Shown here: in pieces, positions 37,314 through 51,441 of the stretch
Numbering within the stretch: the stretch's first letter is position 1
How the letters are laid out: each line of letters starts with the position of its first letter
Assembly (NCBI RefSeq): GCF_030144855.1
Contig: NC_082732.1
Location: 31,434,001 to 31,498,000 of the forward strand
Source of the DNA: Hypanus sabinus
Taxonomy: Eukaryota
Direction of reading: 5' to 3'
DNA length: 64,000 nt
Notes under the pieces: generated by a model
The model's database searches: none
Seen by the model: the letters and a program-made list of their open reading frames with translations, nothing else
What the model was told of the DNA's origin: nothing
Program-made: the position numbers and the translations under genes

Positions 37314-40300
37314 GTATGTTGAAAATAAATTTACTTCGAACTTTGAAGAAACTATGTAACTACATTCTGAGAGTTACATTATTAAAATAACCTCAGTGTA
37401 ACACAACCAACTGCAACTATATTCAAGTAAATAATAGTCGGAATCCATTAAATAATAATTAAATACCACATTCTTTCATTTTTAATACAAAGTTCCAACT
37501 GCCACAAGTTGTCAATGGACTTCATCACTGTCATGGTGATGGCCAAATGGAGCACTGAGGGTGGCCAAGAACAGTGTGACCTGGACAGGAAATGTTTCTG
37601 TGAATCATTTGGAAACTTATTTGTATAAATCACTGGCCTATTCACAATAGTGAATAACTTGCTTCAGTGGAGAACATTAGTGGTATCCTGTTAACTGGAG
37701 TGAAAACACCTCACACTTATCCAAATTAACTGTGCTCACATAGGCCTAGATGTGTTAATTTGTGTTTGTTAAAAATGGGAGGAGCCAGACAGGGTGGGAT
37801 TGGGTGGAAAGCCATTTTCACACATCATCTCCTCAACCACATAGCTCCCAACTTCCAGCCTCCATTGTATTGCAGAAGAAGATTAAACAGTCACCCATGT
37901 TACAGCTGACCCCATCGCAAATGCATGGAATCACAGACAGGCTCTGACTGAACAGCCAATCTGTACGGCTGAAAGGTCCAAGGACCCTAATGGTGATTGA
38001 CAAACCTCTGTGCTGATGACCCTCTGTTGGACTCCATCAGTCAGCAGTTAAAGAGATTCATGGGCAGACAGAGGAAATTTCTGAATAATGCATACAATAC
38101 AGTTTCTGGCTGTAAAACTAAATCCAAATGTCAGAAATCCAACATTGCCCTCAAAGAGTCTCAGAGTAGACGAATGGTTCTTGGTCTGAAATGTAACACC
38201 ACTTATCTCTCCACATGCTGCCTGACCTACTGAGTAAATTCATTATCCACTGTGACATACACAGGACTAACAAAGATTATAACTGAGCAAGTTTGTTGGT
38301 TCCATTTGGCGACACACATTAATGATGTACCAGACTTGTTTCTTGAGTTGTTTAATACAGATATTTCAAAACCCTACTTGCACCGTCCAACTAGACATTA
38401 ATTCTCTATTTGAATGTGGTAATGATGAGCTACATAACTCCCCCAGCGTGGGTCAGTATCCAGATGGTGCATCCTAGCAGTTCAGGGAAATTGAGGCTCT
38501 TCTTAACACCGTATAAAAATACATATCTAACTCCAAAGGATTGACGCTGCAGACAGTAAATGAGGTCTCTCACCACACCAACATCACCGTGAAAGATGAA
38601 GCCGCTTGTTTGTCACTGGGAGCATTGAGGTGATCAAAGAGAATGCTCTCAACCATCACCCACCCATTCATCTCCATCTCTTCTCTACACCAGGTAAGCC
38701 CCAAGGCTAAAATTTCATACCATTTTTTATTCTGAACTAAATGTGTTTTTAAATATTGCTAAATAATTTCCCACTTGGAATCAATAAAGTACTTATTATT
38801 ATTATTATTATTACTATTATGTTCCTTGATGAGAGGTGTACTAACAACTTTCAGCTCTCTGAGCCCACTTTTTGATAGGGATGTTTGTGAATGAACTTCA
38901 TTCACCCACCATTCCTCTGCAAAAGTAGTATTGTACTTGAAAGTTATAATTTCCCTTTGGCATCCACAACCTTTAGAGGGAAGAGTAGCTTGGATCTCTC
39001 CCACGCGTTGGGCGAAAAGTTACTTCCTGATTTTTAACTCCTGAATCACCACACTAGCTGAGACACTAATGACAAATCACATGCCAGAAGTTTCTACTGA
39101 GTCCCATCCCATTCCTATACTCTAGGCCTTCACAGAATTTTTTGAAATAATAACCAAAGGTGTTGGAAGAGCCTAATGGTTCTGTGAGGTTAACCTTCAT
39201 TTCTTAGAAATCACAGGCTACTTGCAAAGGCGTTGGCATTCCCACTACACTGATGCTCTCACCACCTAATCACTTAGAATTGCTGTAACACTTACTTTAA
39301 TTGTGGCAAGTTTAAGAAAGCTCCCTTCCCTAGAAAGATCAGGACAGAGGCTAACCAGACATAAAACACAATATTTCTCTCTGCAGAGCTGCTGCCTGAC
39401 CTGATGCTGCCTAATGTATTTTTATTATTTTCTGTCTTAATTTCAGAGGTTATCCAGAATAATTTAAGGCTGTTAATCTGTAACATGATCTCCACAATCC
39501 TCAGTTATTAGTTGCCCCCTCTTTAATATCTGGAAGGCACCTCAGTACTCCCTTTGAGCATCAATGCGCCAATGGAGGGGAGTGGTGGGGATAATGGGAT
39601 GGGTTAAGATGCCGCAAGTTCAATCAACGGTACCTTCCACTTCATATGAATGCGCCATCAAAGAGGAAGAAAAGGCAGTAAGAAAAGGCATGGAAGCACA
39701 TAAATCTTAATTAGAGAGAATCTCATGAAGTCAATGTGATAGCTGCAAAGAATTCCATAGAATGCACAACATAGAAACAAAATTCATTCTGCTCCTGGAA
39801 GATATTCCATGACTCTTGTTGGAAGTGGTGGTGAGGGAGGGCGTGGCTTTGCACTGAATGGGGTTGGGGGGGGCAGCTGATTTATGTATTTGCCTGCATC
39901 CTTAAAGTAGCTACCATTGGACAGCTACTGTGGAAAACCCTCCTTCAGCATGGAACAAACACAAGAGATACTGCAGATGTTGGACATCTTGAGCAACCTT
40001 TAGATGCTGGAGGAACTCAGAAGATCAGGCAGCATCTATGGAGAGGAGTAAGCAGTCGACATTTCATAGAACATTACGGCACAATACAGGCCCTTCAGCC
40101 CACGATGTTGTGCCAATGTTTGACCTTCTTTATGATCAGTTTAACCCTTCCCTCATGATCATGAATTTAGATGAAGGGTCTCAGCCCAAAACATTAGCCA
40201 TTTACTCCTCTCCTCAGATGCTGCCTGACTTGTTGAGTTCACCCAGCATTTTGTGTGTGTTGTTCCAGCATGGAATAAGTGTTTTCAGAAGAGACAGGGT

Positions 40301-41728
40301 GTAAAATATTGCAGGAGGATAAAGCAGAAAAAAACAAATGACACCCAGTTTCTTACCCGGGAGATGTTGATACTTTAATGAGCAGTGGGAGGGGAAAGGG
40401 CTGCCATAGCGTTGGGTCATAAGCTGTAACAGTGGCTAGTTTGCAAACAGAAAGAACAGGAGAGGAACCAAAATTCCTGGGAAGATTCAATGAAATGGAT
40501 GATTAATAATTCATACGTAACCTTGGTAGCAGAAAGAAGCTACTCTCTGGAACTGTGACAGGGCAAATGTCACAATGCAGGTACACCGTGTATCAGTACA
40601 GAGCAAAGGTCTTTCTCTCTGCTGTCCTAACACCTAAAATGAGTAGTGTTTAATCTTCACATATTATTTTCAGTGTGTGATATTAGAACTGTCTGAGACG
40701 ACCATTATAATCTAATTAATTTAAAACTTCCGCCCAATTGATATAGCTCATAAAGTTATGGAACTGAATGCTTTGCATTTCAGGCACTCTTGGGTCAGGA
40801 ACAGCATGGATATAGAGTAAAGTTCCCTTTGCACTGCACTGGCAAACATTTCCTGGGCATGAATTTGGCATTGACATCCCTCAATGGTGTCTCATTGCTA
40901 GGGTAGCTGTGCTAAGCTAATTTCAGTGCTTTAAGGTTCTGTTCCCCCCAAGAACCGAATAATACGCCATCCTGCCAGGAGTAGCCTGCCTGCATTCACC
41001 CCCGTGCTGTTGTCTCCTCAGACAGGATTACCAATCAAGTGCTGGTTGAAAATTGAAAATTGCTTGCTACTGCCCAAGCCCATGCTTCACACTGTGAGCA
41101 GATGGAGAATGTAACTTCATCGTTCTGCTCCAGAATTGTCTGAGGTCCAGCACATAAACTCTTCCTCTTCCTCTTTCTTTCTGATGTTTATCCTGATGAA
41201 TAGCCCTCATTAAATAAGTCTTCATTATCCCATGTTGGTGCCAACTCCAAAGAATTTAATGATGCCTTTTCTGTCTCTATCTTTGGATGTTTTAAATATC
41301 CACGAATGCTGTGACTAATTTTTCATGGTATCACAACATTAATTTCTCCCAGAAGCGCAGATCCACTGCACTAACCAGGAAAATCACTGTGACAGGGAGG
41401 TTTCCCAACATCTAGAATTTTAAAAGGGTAATTAACTTCAAATGTGCTCTTGTGGCATTGACAATCTTCCTTATACTCATGCTGCATCCCCTTCTCAGCC
41501 CCCGCACCAACCTTCAAGGAACATCTGAACCTTTAATAATCATCATTAATGATTGTCAAAATAGGATAATTGCAATCTTTGTCACTACATATAAAAGGGA
41601 CTAATGGGTTAGAGTGGTTCCATTTCTAACATTTCAAAATTACTATCCGTATAAAATTAAGACAGTGTTATTGTTCACAACAGCATGAGAACCAAATAGA
41701 AATGTTCAGTTTATATTTTTCTACTTAC

Positions 41729-41836
41729 ATCTCCATTCATTAACTTGCAATCATCTTCAATCTCATCTGCACTATCTTCGTCCGATACTTCACCCTCCTC
41801 AGCGTCATCACTGATGTTTGCAGATAGCTTCTTGCC
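41729..41836 (-). CDS. PLCH2: PLCH2 coding exon, acidic X-Y linker (GKKLSANISDDAEEGEVSDEDSADEIEDDCKLMNGD), 108 nt
   Basis: Close match to the PLC-eta linker. Acceptor cttcag, donor GAT|gtaagt. Confidence 0.95.
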
Positions 41837-41839
41837 CTG

Positions 41840-42500
41840 AAGTAGGAGAGGTGGATATGCCAGAGAGGAAAGAAATGGAAAAGATAGCACAGAGGAGCGA
41901 GTGGGGGGGGGGGGGGGGGGAGTTGAGAGACAGAAAGAGAGAGAGCAGGAGAGATAAAGCAGAAACAAATAATGAGAAGAAAGATTAAACAGTGAAGGTG
42001 GTGAAAAGGATGGTTGAGAGGTCAACCAATGCAAATAAAAGATAGCAGAGAAATGGGAAAGGGTGCATGGGAAAGGCAGAGACAGTAAAGCATGTGGATA
42101 ATGAGAAAGAGGTGGTGAGCAACGTGAATAATGGGAAGAGAAGATAATGCAAGCCATGGAGAGTGAAAAGAATGCAAAGGAGAAAAGAAAATAAGAAGGG
42201 AATATGAAGAAGAATTGAGGAAAGTATAAGTTGAGATGGAATAGTCAGAAGGAAATGGGAAAGAGGATAATAGTTGTAAAGGGAGTAACAGCAAGAGAAG
42301 GGAAAGCAATGGGGAAGAAAAGGAGAAGGGGAAGAGTAAATAGATGGGGAACAAGGTGAGAGAGGGATAGGAAAGAAGGAACAAAAGATATTGAAGAGGG
42401 AAGAAAATGAGGTCCAGTAAGAGAGAAAAATTTATGGAAAAAGCAAAAGAAATGGACAGAAAACAAAATGAGAGATTTACCCAAGTCGATGGTAATTTAA
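41840..42500. repeat. Purine-rich low-complexity tract (polypyrimidine in the pre-mRNA) directly before a PLCH2 exon
   Basis: GA-rich on the + strand with no CT dinucleotide. Confidence 0.85.
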
Positions 42501-45500
42501 AACTTTGTGCTAGTGCCTTTGAATCCAATTTGATAAGTCATACTCCATGGAAAAGGCCAACTGTCAAATAAAGACCTTTCATCCAACTGCAGAAGTTGTC
42601 TTATGAACACAGACTGGAGACAGATCCTGAAGACAGCTCTGATGTGTCAGTCTGATTCACAATTTACAGAAATTACAAAGTGAATCTGAAAGATGAGGAC
42701 CAGAGGCTTTATCTCAATATATACATTTAGTTCCATCGCATTTTCAGTATCACTTGAGATATCAGGCAACATTTTAATATTTCAGGAAAGAATGACCCAA
42801 AGTAATAGTTTTATAAAGAGAGTAAACCAATCTTTATTTAAAAATGCACAAGCATCACAGCTCTTTGCAATGCCAGGAACCCTACTCGTAGGTTAGGCAC
42901 AGGTCACTGAAAGGCAATCAGCAGTTGGATCTCGCTGTCTTCTCAGGGCAGTATAGTCCAGATGATAACCAGCTCGATTCTTAGCCTAAGCTGAGACATA
43001 TCACCTGTAGGTACAGCCACCAGTCAGGCTCACACAGAGACGAGAATAATGGAGAGTGTGGCTTAGAGGGTAGCAGGGTGGAAGGAGGTCACAGAGATAG
43101 ATGGGAGGCAAAACATGGAGGGATTTAAAACCAAAATTTCAACATTGAGGGTTTGATATTGTGGGTCTGGAAGAACAGGTCTGATGGATGCTAGGCCTCA
43201 GCCATGAAGAACAGCCAAGGGGACCAAGCTGGGGAATCTCCCAGTTCTTCCTGCAGTGTAAGGGGAGAAGACTGAAGGAAAAGCAAACCATTAAAAGAGC
43301 GGCAGATTCACAGACATGACTCACAGCTCTTGACTGATCATATTCTTCATCCAGCAGTTGTGTCATTGTAAGGAAAACATTCACCTTGGTTCATTTAACA
43401 GGTGCTTTCCTTAAATGACCCAGTTTTTTTTATTTTCTGTGAACAATTTCATTACATGTGAAATTTACATCAGATCAGAAGTTTTGCATAAATCAAATGT
43501 GTCCCCAATCTCTCCAGGGTTGCCTAATTTAGATCAGGTGAAGTAAAACAGAGATAGTCAGCAAGTTATTCACCTCCAGTTCTCATTTCTACCTCATGGC
43601 AATCATTAGTTTGTCAGTCACGTACGATGCTACATATTTTTTTTACCATTGTTTCACAAAATGCGGCCATTACTGGAAATACCAGCATTCACTCTCCATA
43701 ATAATTACCCTTGAGCAAGTATTTTACTGTTCATCCACATTTGTGGGCCTGGAGTCACTTAAACACCAGACGAGATAAGGGTGTCAGATTTTGTTCCCTG
43801 AAGAACATTAATGAAGCTGGTGGGTTTTACAACAAGAGGTTTCATGGATCCCATTACTGGGACAAGCTCTATTCAAGGTCCCATGGTGGAATCCAAACTA
43901 TGCGCCTAAATCAATGGACTAGACTCAGGCTGTTAGTGCAGTAACTGCTACAGTGTTGTACCCCTGTTATATCTGTAGGGTGACTTTTAGTATTGACTGG
44001 TAACTGAGAGTGCTGAGGGCTGACAGGGAGGAACCACATAATCAAGTAGCAAATGAGGTGAGGAGACAGTCACAAGGGAATGGACAATGGAAGTCATTGT
44101 CTTGGGATGGTGAGATGATAACAATAGGATTCAGTCTGGCACTAGCCAGATTAGAAAGCATTATATAGAATCCATTCACCCAACTGGTTTGCGTTGTTAA
44201 TTAGAAAAGGATAGACCTACAGAAGTCATGGATATGGCCCAGTCCATCACAGGCAAAGCTATCCCCTCCACTGAGCACATATACACGGAGCGCTGCCACA
44301 AGAAAGCAGCATCCATCATCAAGGACCCCACCATCCAGGCCGTGCTCTCTTCTCACCGCTTCCATCAGGCAGCATGAACAGGAACCTTAAATCCCACACC
44401 ACCAGCTTTAGGAAGAGTATCATCCTACAACCATCAGGCTCTTGTACTGGCGTGGGTAACTATACACACCATACACTGAATTGATTCTCACTCCAAGGAC
44501 TTTTTATAACTTCTGTTCTCAGTGTAATTTTATTTATTTATCTAATTGCACAATTTATCTTCCTTTGCAGATTGGCTATTTATTTTTGTTTATGTATAGT
44601 TTTTTTTGTAAATTCTGGTGTATTTCTTTTTTTCTTGTAAATGCCTGCAAGAAAATTAATCTCAAGCCAGTGTATGTAGTTTGATAATGAATTTTACTTT
44701 GACTTTGAAACACTTGTATTTATATTGAAATGCATTCAATAATTTATTCAAAATCCATTCAGTAAGGAGAGTCTGGACTGGCAGAGGCTTTCTCCATGAG
44801 CGACATAGATAATGTGATTGATCACGTTATATAATTTTCCCAGAGTCTAAAACCAGATGGCATAACTTTAAGGATAGAGGGGAAAGAGTGAAAGGGAGCT
44901 GGGGGTGAGATTTTCACATACAGGATGGTGGGTGTAAGCCAGAGGAGGTGGTAGAAGTGGGTACGATTGCAATATGTAAAGGACATTCAGGCAGGTGCAT
45001 AAATTGGAAATGCTTAATGGGATATAACCAAATGCAGGCAGATGGGACTGGTTCAGGTTTGGCAACTTAGTCAGCATGGAAGAGTTGGGCCGAAGGCCCT
45101 GATTACATCTCTATCACTCTTTTGCTCATGCACTGTGTAGAAAGGAGAGCACCTCCCACATATTTACTATTGGGCAAGTAATCGGTTTGGTTTTCAGTGA
45201 CATTGGTTGAGATAACCATTATTAAAAGAGTGTCACAGGAACCTGAGAGGGCAAACATGACCTGGGTTTAGCACCTGGTCTGAAGCACGCCACCTTCTTC
45301 TGTATTGCTTTGGAGTGTAAACCCACAGGTTTGTGTGCATACATCTGTAGTGAGATTTGAACCTGTAACCTTGAATCTCAGAGGTAAGAATATTACTGAG
45401 CTCCAGCTACAGTGATTTAAGGTCCATAGGTATCTCCTCCAACACTAACTACCTCTTCGCACTTAGGCCCTGAGTCACTCTATGCCCATCTCTGCTGTGG

Positions 45501-45879
45501 AGATATCAGACCCTCAAACCCTCTCTGCTTCAACCATCCCCTGAAGTTGTTTTGAATTTTCTCACCATGCTCCATGTTCAGAAATTCCTCCTGAATACTT
45601 TATACAATCTGCCAGAAACCACCTTCCAATTATGCATCTTTGTTCGGAACTCACCCTCAAGTTAAAATAATTTCCCCCGATCCAAACAATCACAGAAAGA
45701 ATGGTTTTAGTTACATGTAGTTATCAAAAGATTGCATATGCACAGAGTTCTCCCAAGGCCCTGGCTAAAAATAGCTCTCAATCAGCATCTAACAATAACT
45801 AATTAAACAATTTGTCCACTTTTCACCTTAACACATTCATCTCTGTAGGTGTCTCAAACATGCAATTAGTTGGCAGCAT

Positions 45880-46470
45880 ATCCTGGTGGCCACCCATTTC
45901 AATTCAACTTCCCATTCCCAATTTGTCATACATAGCCTTGATGAGGTCCTCAGGTTGGAGGAACAACACCTCATATTCCGCCTGGGTAGCCTCAAACCTG
46001 GTGGTATGAACCTCGATTTCTCTAACTTCCAGTAACTTCTCCCCCTCCTCCTTTACTCTGTTTCCATTCCTCATTCTAGCCTCTCTCACCCCTTCCCTTC
46101 TCCTCATCTGCTCATCACCTCCATCTAGTGTCCCTCCTGCTTCTCTATCGTCCAGGGTCTGCTGCTCTCTCTTATTAGAATCCTTCTTCTTCAGGTCCAT
46201 ACATCTTCCACTTATCACCTCATACCTCATCCTCCCTCCCCCACCTACCCTCCTTCACCCCCCCACATAGTTTTGCCTATTACCTGCCAGCTCGTTCTCC
46301 TTTCCCTCCCCCCAACTTCTTGTTCTGGCTTTTGCTCCCTGCTTTTTCAGTCCTGATGAATGGTCCACTATTTATTCTTCTCCACGGATGCTGCCTGACT
46401 TCCCGAGATCCTCCAGAATTTTGTGCGTGCTGCTCAAGATTTCCAGCATCTGCAGAATCTTTTGTGTTTC
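45880..46470 (+). mobile_element. Penelope-like element 3' fragment
   Basis: RLEEQHLIFRLGSL remnant plus terminal repeat. Confidence 0.8.
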
Positions 46471-47386
46471 TGAATTGGAGAACCCCTCTCAGACCTTTGG
46501 GCTTTCATTATCAATTCCAACGAAGCCAGAAATAATTTCAAAAGACCTTTGTACAGTTAGACTTAACAAAAAGCATTGTTGGCATATTTACCTGTTACAG
46601 ACTGAGCCCACTCAACTCACACTGAAGCCAAGAACATACACCTATCCTGAACCTGTATCACTTTGTTTTATCGCCAGATCCTTTGGGGGGGAGGGTCAGA
46701 AATGAGATCTGCATTGGGCTGTGGGCATGTTGCAGGTATGTGTTTGCAGCAACATCTGGCTCTCCAAAGTAGGCAGATGGGTCCCAACACTGGGATTTAT
46801 GCATGCTTCTAAAATTGTGCCTTACTGACAGGGTCACTTGGAGGGTGTATTACACTGGAGGCTAAAGCTTGTCCAAGCAGCTGTTAAAAGTAGTTAGATA
46901 GATCTTTGCACAGCAGAGGAATTAAGGGTTGTGAGTGGTAGTACTGCAGGACCATGGCCAGATCAGCCATGATCTTATTGAATGACAGAGCATGCTCAGC
47001 AGGTCAGACGACCAACTGCTGCACCTATTTATTATGCTCTTATCACCACCATAGATATCTGGGCCTTACCTGATTGATTTTCATGGGAGGTTGCTGAGAA
47101 TTGATTGATCCTTTCCCCAAACCACAGCAGTGATTATATTTTGGGTCAAATGCTATTTTATTAATGTTAATTGATTTTTTCATAATAGCAGCCTTCCAAT
47201 TTAAGTTACAGGAGGAAGGGAGCATGTTACCTTGGAAACATTGGAAAAATGAACTTCAAGTTATCTTTTTCACAAATTGAATTCAGCCAAGACTTAATTA
47301 CCCTCCAATCAATCTCTAAGGCAGGTGACCCCAATGACCTCATCAAGACTTGCTCAGTATTAATGAAAATTTGATTGTCTTGGTAC

Positions 47387-47558
47387 CTTTACAAGAATCT
47401 TTCCCTTCAAGCTCTCAGGGGAAGGCAGCTGGGTCACGTTGTCCGCGTGCACGGAAGAAACGTCAAGTCTGTCCCCCAAGATCTCCAATAGGTACTGGGC
47501 CATTTTCTTCTGCTGGGGCACACTGCAGTGATTTTCTATGGAGAGGATGACTGGATAT
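47387..47558 (-). CDS. PLCH2: PLCH2 coding exon, end of X box ([23 protein letters not shown]...[14 protein letters not shown]), 172 nt
   Basis: [11 protein letters not shown] and [14 protein letters not shown] motifs. Acceptor ttgcag, donor AAG|gtacca. Phase 2->0. Confidence 0.96.
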
Positions 47559-48704
47559 CTGCAATCCAAAAACAAGCCAGAAATTCAACGCAAACCCTAA
47601 AGACTTTAAAATACATTGGCCTAGAAATTCAATCCCGCAACGCATGTTGTAGAGAATGCTTTATTCTGCAACTTACCATAGCTCCTCTGGGAGCTTTTGA
47701 TGGGACAGTGTGAGAGAGTTTCGCTCTCTATCTAACCTGTACTACACCAGTACGCAAGTATGTACTCAGACAGTATAGTGGGAATGTTATTGTGTATGTA
47801 GGGTGTTTGATGGCTCAGTGTTGAGGGAATTTTACTCTGTATCTCGTCCTGGGGTTGTGAACCTTTGTCAGAGCCTGTGTCCAAACTGGCAATAAAACCT
47901 TCTAAAAAATTTTCTTGTATGCCGTGGTAATTTTGAACAGAGATTATCATTAATTAGTGAATTAGTAACAGTAATTAATGGACATCTTTTAAGGAAAAAA
48001 GATAGATGAGTCATTTTACTTATTTAAATGTATTCATTGCTTTATTATTAATAAAAGTATAACACAGGCATTGAAATAAATGAAGCATTTTATAGAACCT
48101 GTTCAAAGAATGTTAATTTTAATTTTTTAAAAAGACAATTGAAATTTGAATAGTAATATTATTGTAAGAATTACTATCCAAATACTGACATGTACACCAG
48201 GTCTGCGAGGATTTCAAAACATATCATCCACTGTCACGTGTTCTTATAACCTTCTAGTTGGCACCAAACTGGTGTGAAATGTTCCTATGGAAAAATCTCA
48301 TTGATCTTGGGTTGTAGAAAATCATTTACTGCTTCATTTGGTAGTAAAGATATTCATGATGCATCTTTTTTTATTAAGAGTAGGATTTAAAGAAATATGG
48401 AGTGGCACTGCATGCCGTGTGCCAGCAAATTTTTTTACATGTCATCTTGGGCATGTGTGTCATAGTTCACCACCCTGATTTTAGTCCATTCTATGTCTTT
48501 CTTGAACAGTGCTTGATAGGAAGGTGTACAGGAAGCTTTACTCTGTATCTAACCTGTGCTATGCCTGCACTGTTAGTGTTTGATGGGACATATGCCTTTG
48601 CAAGGAATAATGGTTCTTCCAAATCTTGGGTAAAACTGTGTGCCATCCCTCTCTGCCACTTTAAACCAAAAACTGAAACTGTTAAATTGCATCATGGTAC
48701 TCAC

Positions 48705-48825
48705 TCAGACTTAGCAAAAGCATATTTGTTGATGGTTTCAATCACATCTCGGAAGAGGATCTTGGAAGTGAGGGTGTAGCCATGGTGAACAATGGGCTCG
48801 CCATCTGGACCATCCCAGCAGTCAA
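48705..48825 (-). CDS. PLCH2: PLCH2 coding exon, X box ([41 protein letters not shown]), 121 nt
   Basis: DCWDG and HGYTLTSKI motifs. Acceptor tttgcag, donor GA|gtgagt. Phase 1->2. Confidence 0.96.
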
Positions 48826-49489
48826 CTGCAAAGCAGCATAGTTACTCATAAGAGGCAGTGCGTGACAAAGTACCTGTGGTCCCATGGAAAAGCACAATCA
48901 AAAGTGACTCCACCCTTTTATTTAAGGAAAAACTTGCTTAGGCAGCCTATAGTTCGGGCCAGGAATGGACTGCCTGCAAATGTGATGGAGGCAAGCTCTA
49001 TAGTGGCCTTGAAGAGGGAATTGTATAAATAAATTCAGAGAAGTTTGTATGGCTAAAAAGAAGGGCCAGAGACTGGATGTAGTGAAATGCTCTGTTAGAG
49101 AGCTGGTATGGACTCAATAGGTACAAAAGCGCTTTAACCTTACAGTTACATCTTTAACAATGTGGCATTCCTTCAGTACAGCCCTGAATTTCACCTAAAT
49201 TTACTTTAATTACTCTGGGGCAAAACTTGAAACCACAATCTTTTGGTGGGGAAATGAACCTGCTACTTACTTGACGCTTTTTATTGTTTTATCCTTTTTA
49301 TTTAGAAACGAAGCGCGGTAACAGGCCTATGCAGCCCAACAAAGCCACACCGTCCAATTCGCCCACGTGATCAATTAACCTTCTAACCCTGTACACCTTA
49401 GAATGTGGGAGGAAATTTCATGAAACTCCACACAAAAAAAGCAATGGGGGGGACAAATCCAGAAGAGAAAGCATTAGCTCTGATCTTAC

Positions 49490-49693
49490 CTTCAACGCAG
49501 CGACAACCAGTTTGCAGCACCCAGGCGTACATGTCCACTCGTGACTGTGACATCAGCTGGTCCCCCATTAAGTAGGTGTTGTGGGAAGAGGCAATGTAAT
49601 AGTTACACAGAGGCTGTGTCATGTCCTGGGTCACTTTGTGATGTTCGGGGTTAAAGATATCTCCAGCTGGGCTCCGCATATAGTTTGTGAAAC
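49490..49693 (-). CDS. PLCH2: PLCH2 coding exon, start of PI-PLC X box ([17 protein letters not shown]...[37 protein letters not shown]), 204 nt
   Basis: Contains the catalytic SSHNTYL motif. YAWVLQ matches eta-2 as I recall it. Acceptor cccgcag, donor G|gtaaga. Confidence 0.96.
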
Positions 49694-50304
49694 CTGCGGG
49701 TGTTGATGGAAAGATTTATATTGCAGTTCATTCCACTTAGATGGAAATCCAAAAGAAGAGATAAATAAGTTTAAAATGCATTGAGGACAGAGAGGCAGAA
49801 GTGTGGGGGGAAAAGGGCCAGTTGTCCGGCTTAAATCATAATTTAACCAACATTGAAAGATTTTTTCCTATCAGAAAAGGGTTTAAAATGCAATGAAGGT
49901 AGATGGATGAGTTAGGATACAGATTAGCCATGATTCAGGTTTAAAGGGCTGTACAACCTGTTCACATGTTAAACCATCAAAACCAACAACCTGGTAAATG
50001 GGCTGGAAGGGCAAAGATTCCCAAGCAGTGAGTTTCTACTATACTATCAGGCCATTCGACCAGAGCAGAATTAGGCTGTTTGATCTGTTGAGTCTGCTCT
50101 GCCATTTGATCATGGCTGATTGATTTTCCCTCTCAACCCCATTCCTTCCCCCTGTAACCTTTGAAGCCCTTACTAATCAAGAACCTTTCATCCTCCAGTG
50201 TAAATATGCCCAATGACTTGGCCTCCATGGCTGAATGTGGCAATGAATTCCACAGATTTACCACCCTCTGGCTAAGTAAATTCCTCCTCCTTTATGTTGT
50301 AATG

Positions 50305-50848
50305 CAGGGGTTCCTAACCTTCTTTATGCCACAGACCCCTTTTCCAGTCTGGTGAAGCCTATAGACCCCTCCTCAAATAATGTATTTAAATATATAAAAT
50401 AAAATACAAAGAATTACAAAATAAACCAATTATATTGAAACACAGTTATCAAGATACTGACAAAATTGTGATATAGTAATACATGTATTTCTTTATTAAC
50501 ATATTAAATAACAAGACTATACAATTAAAATATGGGAAGTTAAAATTAAATTTGAGTTTGATCTAGTGTAGAGACTATTAAGTACTGTAATTTTGAAGTA
50601 GTGATGAACATGCTGTAAACAATAGTTTGCGATATTTGTAATGTGAACTAAAAATATCTGGGATTTCTATTGGTGACACAGTCACAGGTACTGCTAATAC
50701 TACTCTGGTTTGTTGCCTGCATTCATAATTGAAGGAAATGCTAACTTTCAGTTAGTAGTTAGTGAAAATAAAGATGTAATTTTTTTTCCCATCCAAGTTC
50801 ACAGACCCCATGGAATCTATCCACAAAACCCCATGTTAAGAATTTCTG
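50305..50848. mobile_element. Non-autonomous hAT element nested in a minus-strand CR1 3' fragment (about 50040-51020)
   Basis: Ends CAGGGGTTCCTAAC / GTTAAGAATTTCTG. Degenerate 8-bp TSD TTGTAATG / TTCTAAAG. The CR1 sequence resumes on both sides. Confidence 0.72.
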
Positions 50849-51347
50849 TTCTAAAGGGACATTTTCTATTCTGAGGCCGTGGCCCTCTGGTCCTTGACTC
50901 TCCCACTGTTGGCAACATCCTCTCCACGTCCACTCTATATCTAGGCTCTTCAATATCTGGTAGATTTTAACAAGATTCCTCCTTATCGTCCTAAACAGTG
51001 AGTACAGGCCCAGAACCATCATTGAGTAACAAACTCCCTGGGAAAGATACTTCCTTGAGACAACATCAGCTGATGTCCACTCACTTCTGGTGCCTGCTGG
51101 AAAATTGTAAGCTTGGGCATGTGAGGATATAGTGAGGTTGGGTGAATAGGTAGGTATGGGTGCTTGCACATATGAATAAGGAGAGATACTGGAGAAGGGG
51201 CAAGTCAAATTCTCCTCTGATGCCCTCATAGGAGTAATCTCTACTATCTGGGTAGACATGGACAGAATGGCATCTTGGCAGTCCATAGAACTTTGGCGGG
51301 GAGAAATCAACAAGTAGAAATGCAGAAGAGAGGAGGCGTGAACCTAC

Positions 51348-51441
51348 CATCAATCCCAAGGACGCCTCGCTTCTGGTTCTCGAGACACGGCTCAAATTTA
51401 TCAATGATCTCCAGACAATGTTCCTTCGTCACAGAGTTCAT
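51348..51441 (-). CDS. PLCH2: PLCH2 coding exon, end of EF-hand region (MNSVTKEHCLEIIDKFEPCLENQKRGVLGID-G), 94 nt, phase 0->1
   Basis: Hand translation resembles PLC-eta (IIxxFEPCxENxxxGxLGIDG). Acceptor tctcaccag and donor G|gtaggt. Joins the next exon in frame. Not present in this frame in the ORF track. Confidence 0.93.

Noticed and set aside
38420-38500. Possible C/D box snoRNA (ATGATGA)
   Set aside because: No suitably placed CTGA D box or terminal stem, and it is antisense to the host gene.
41711-42528. Long hydrophobic ORFs (148 and 168 aa) that look like membrane proteins
   Set aside because: They are translations of the low-complexity pyrimidine tract. Only 41729-41836 is a real exon.
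483-51441. Assignment as PLCH1
   Set aside because: YAWVLQ, RQKKTMKLSRALSDLVKYTKSV and SSYRVDSSN match PLCH2 better as I recall the paralogues. Reciprocal BLAST and synteny would confirm.
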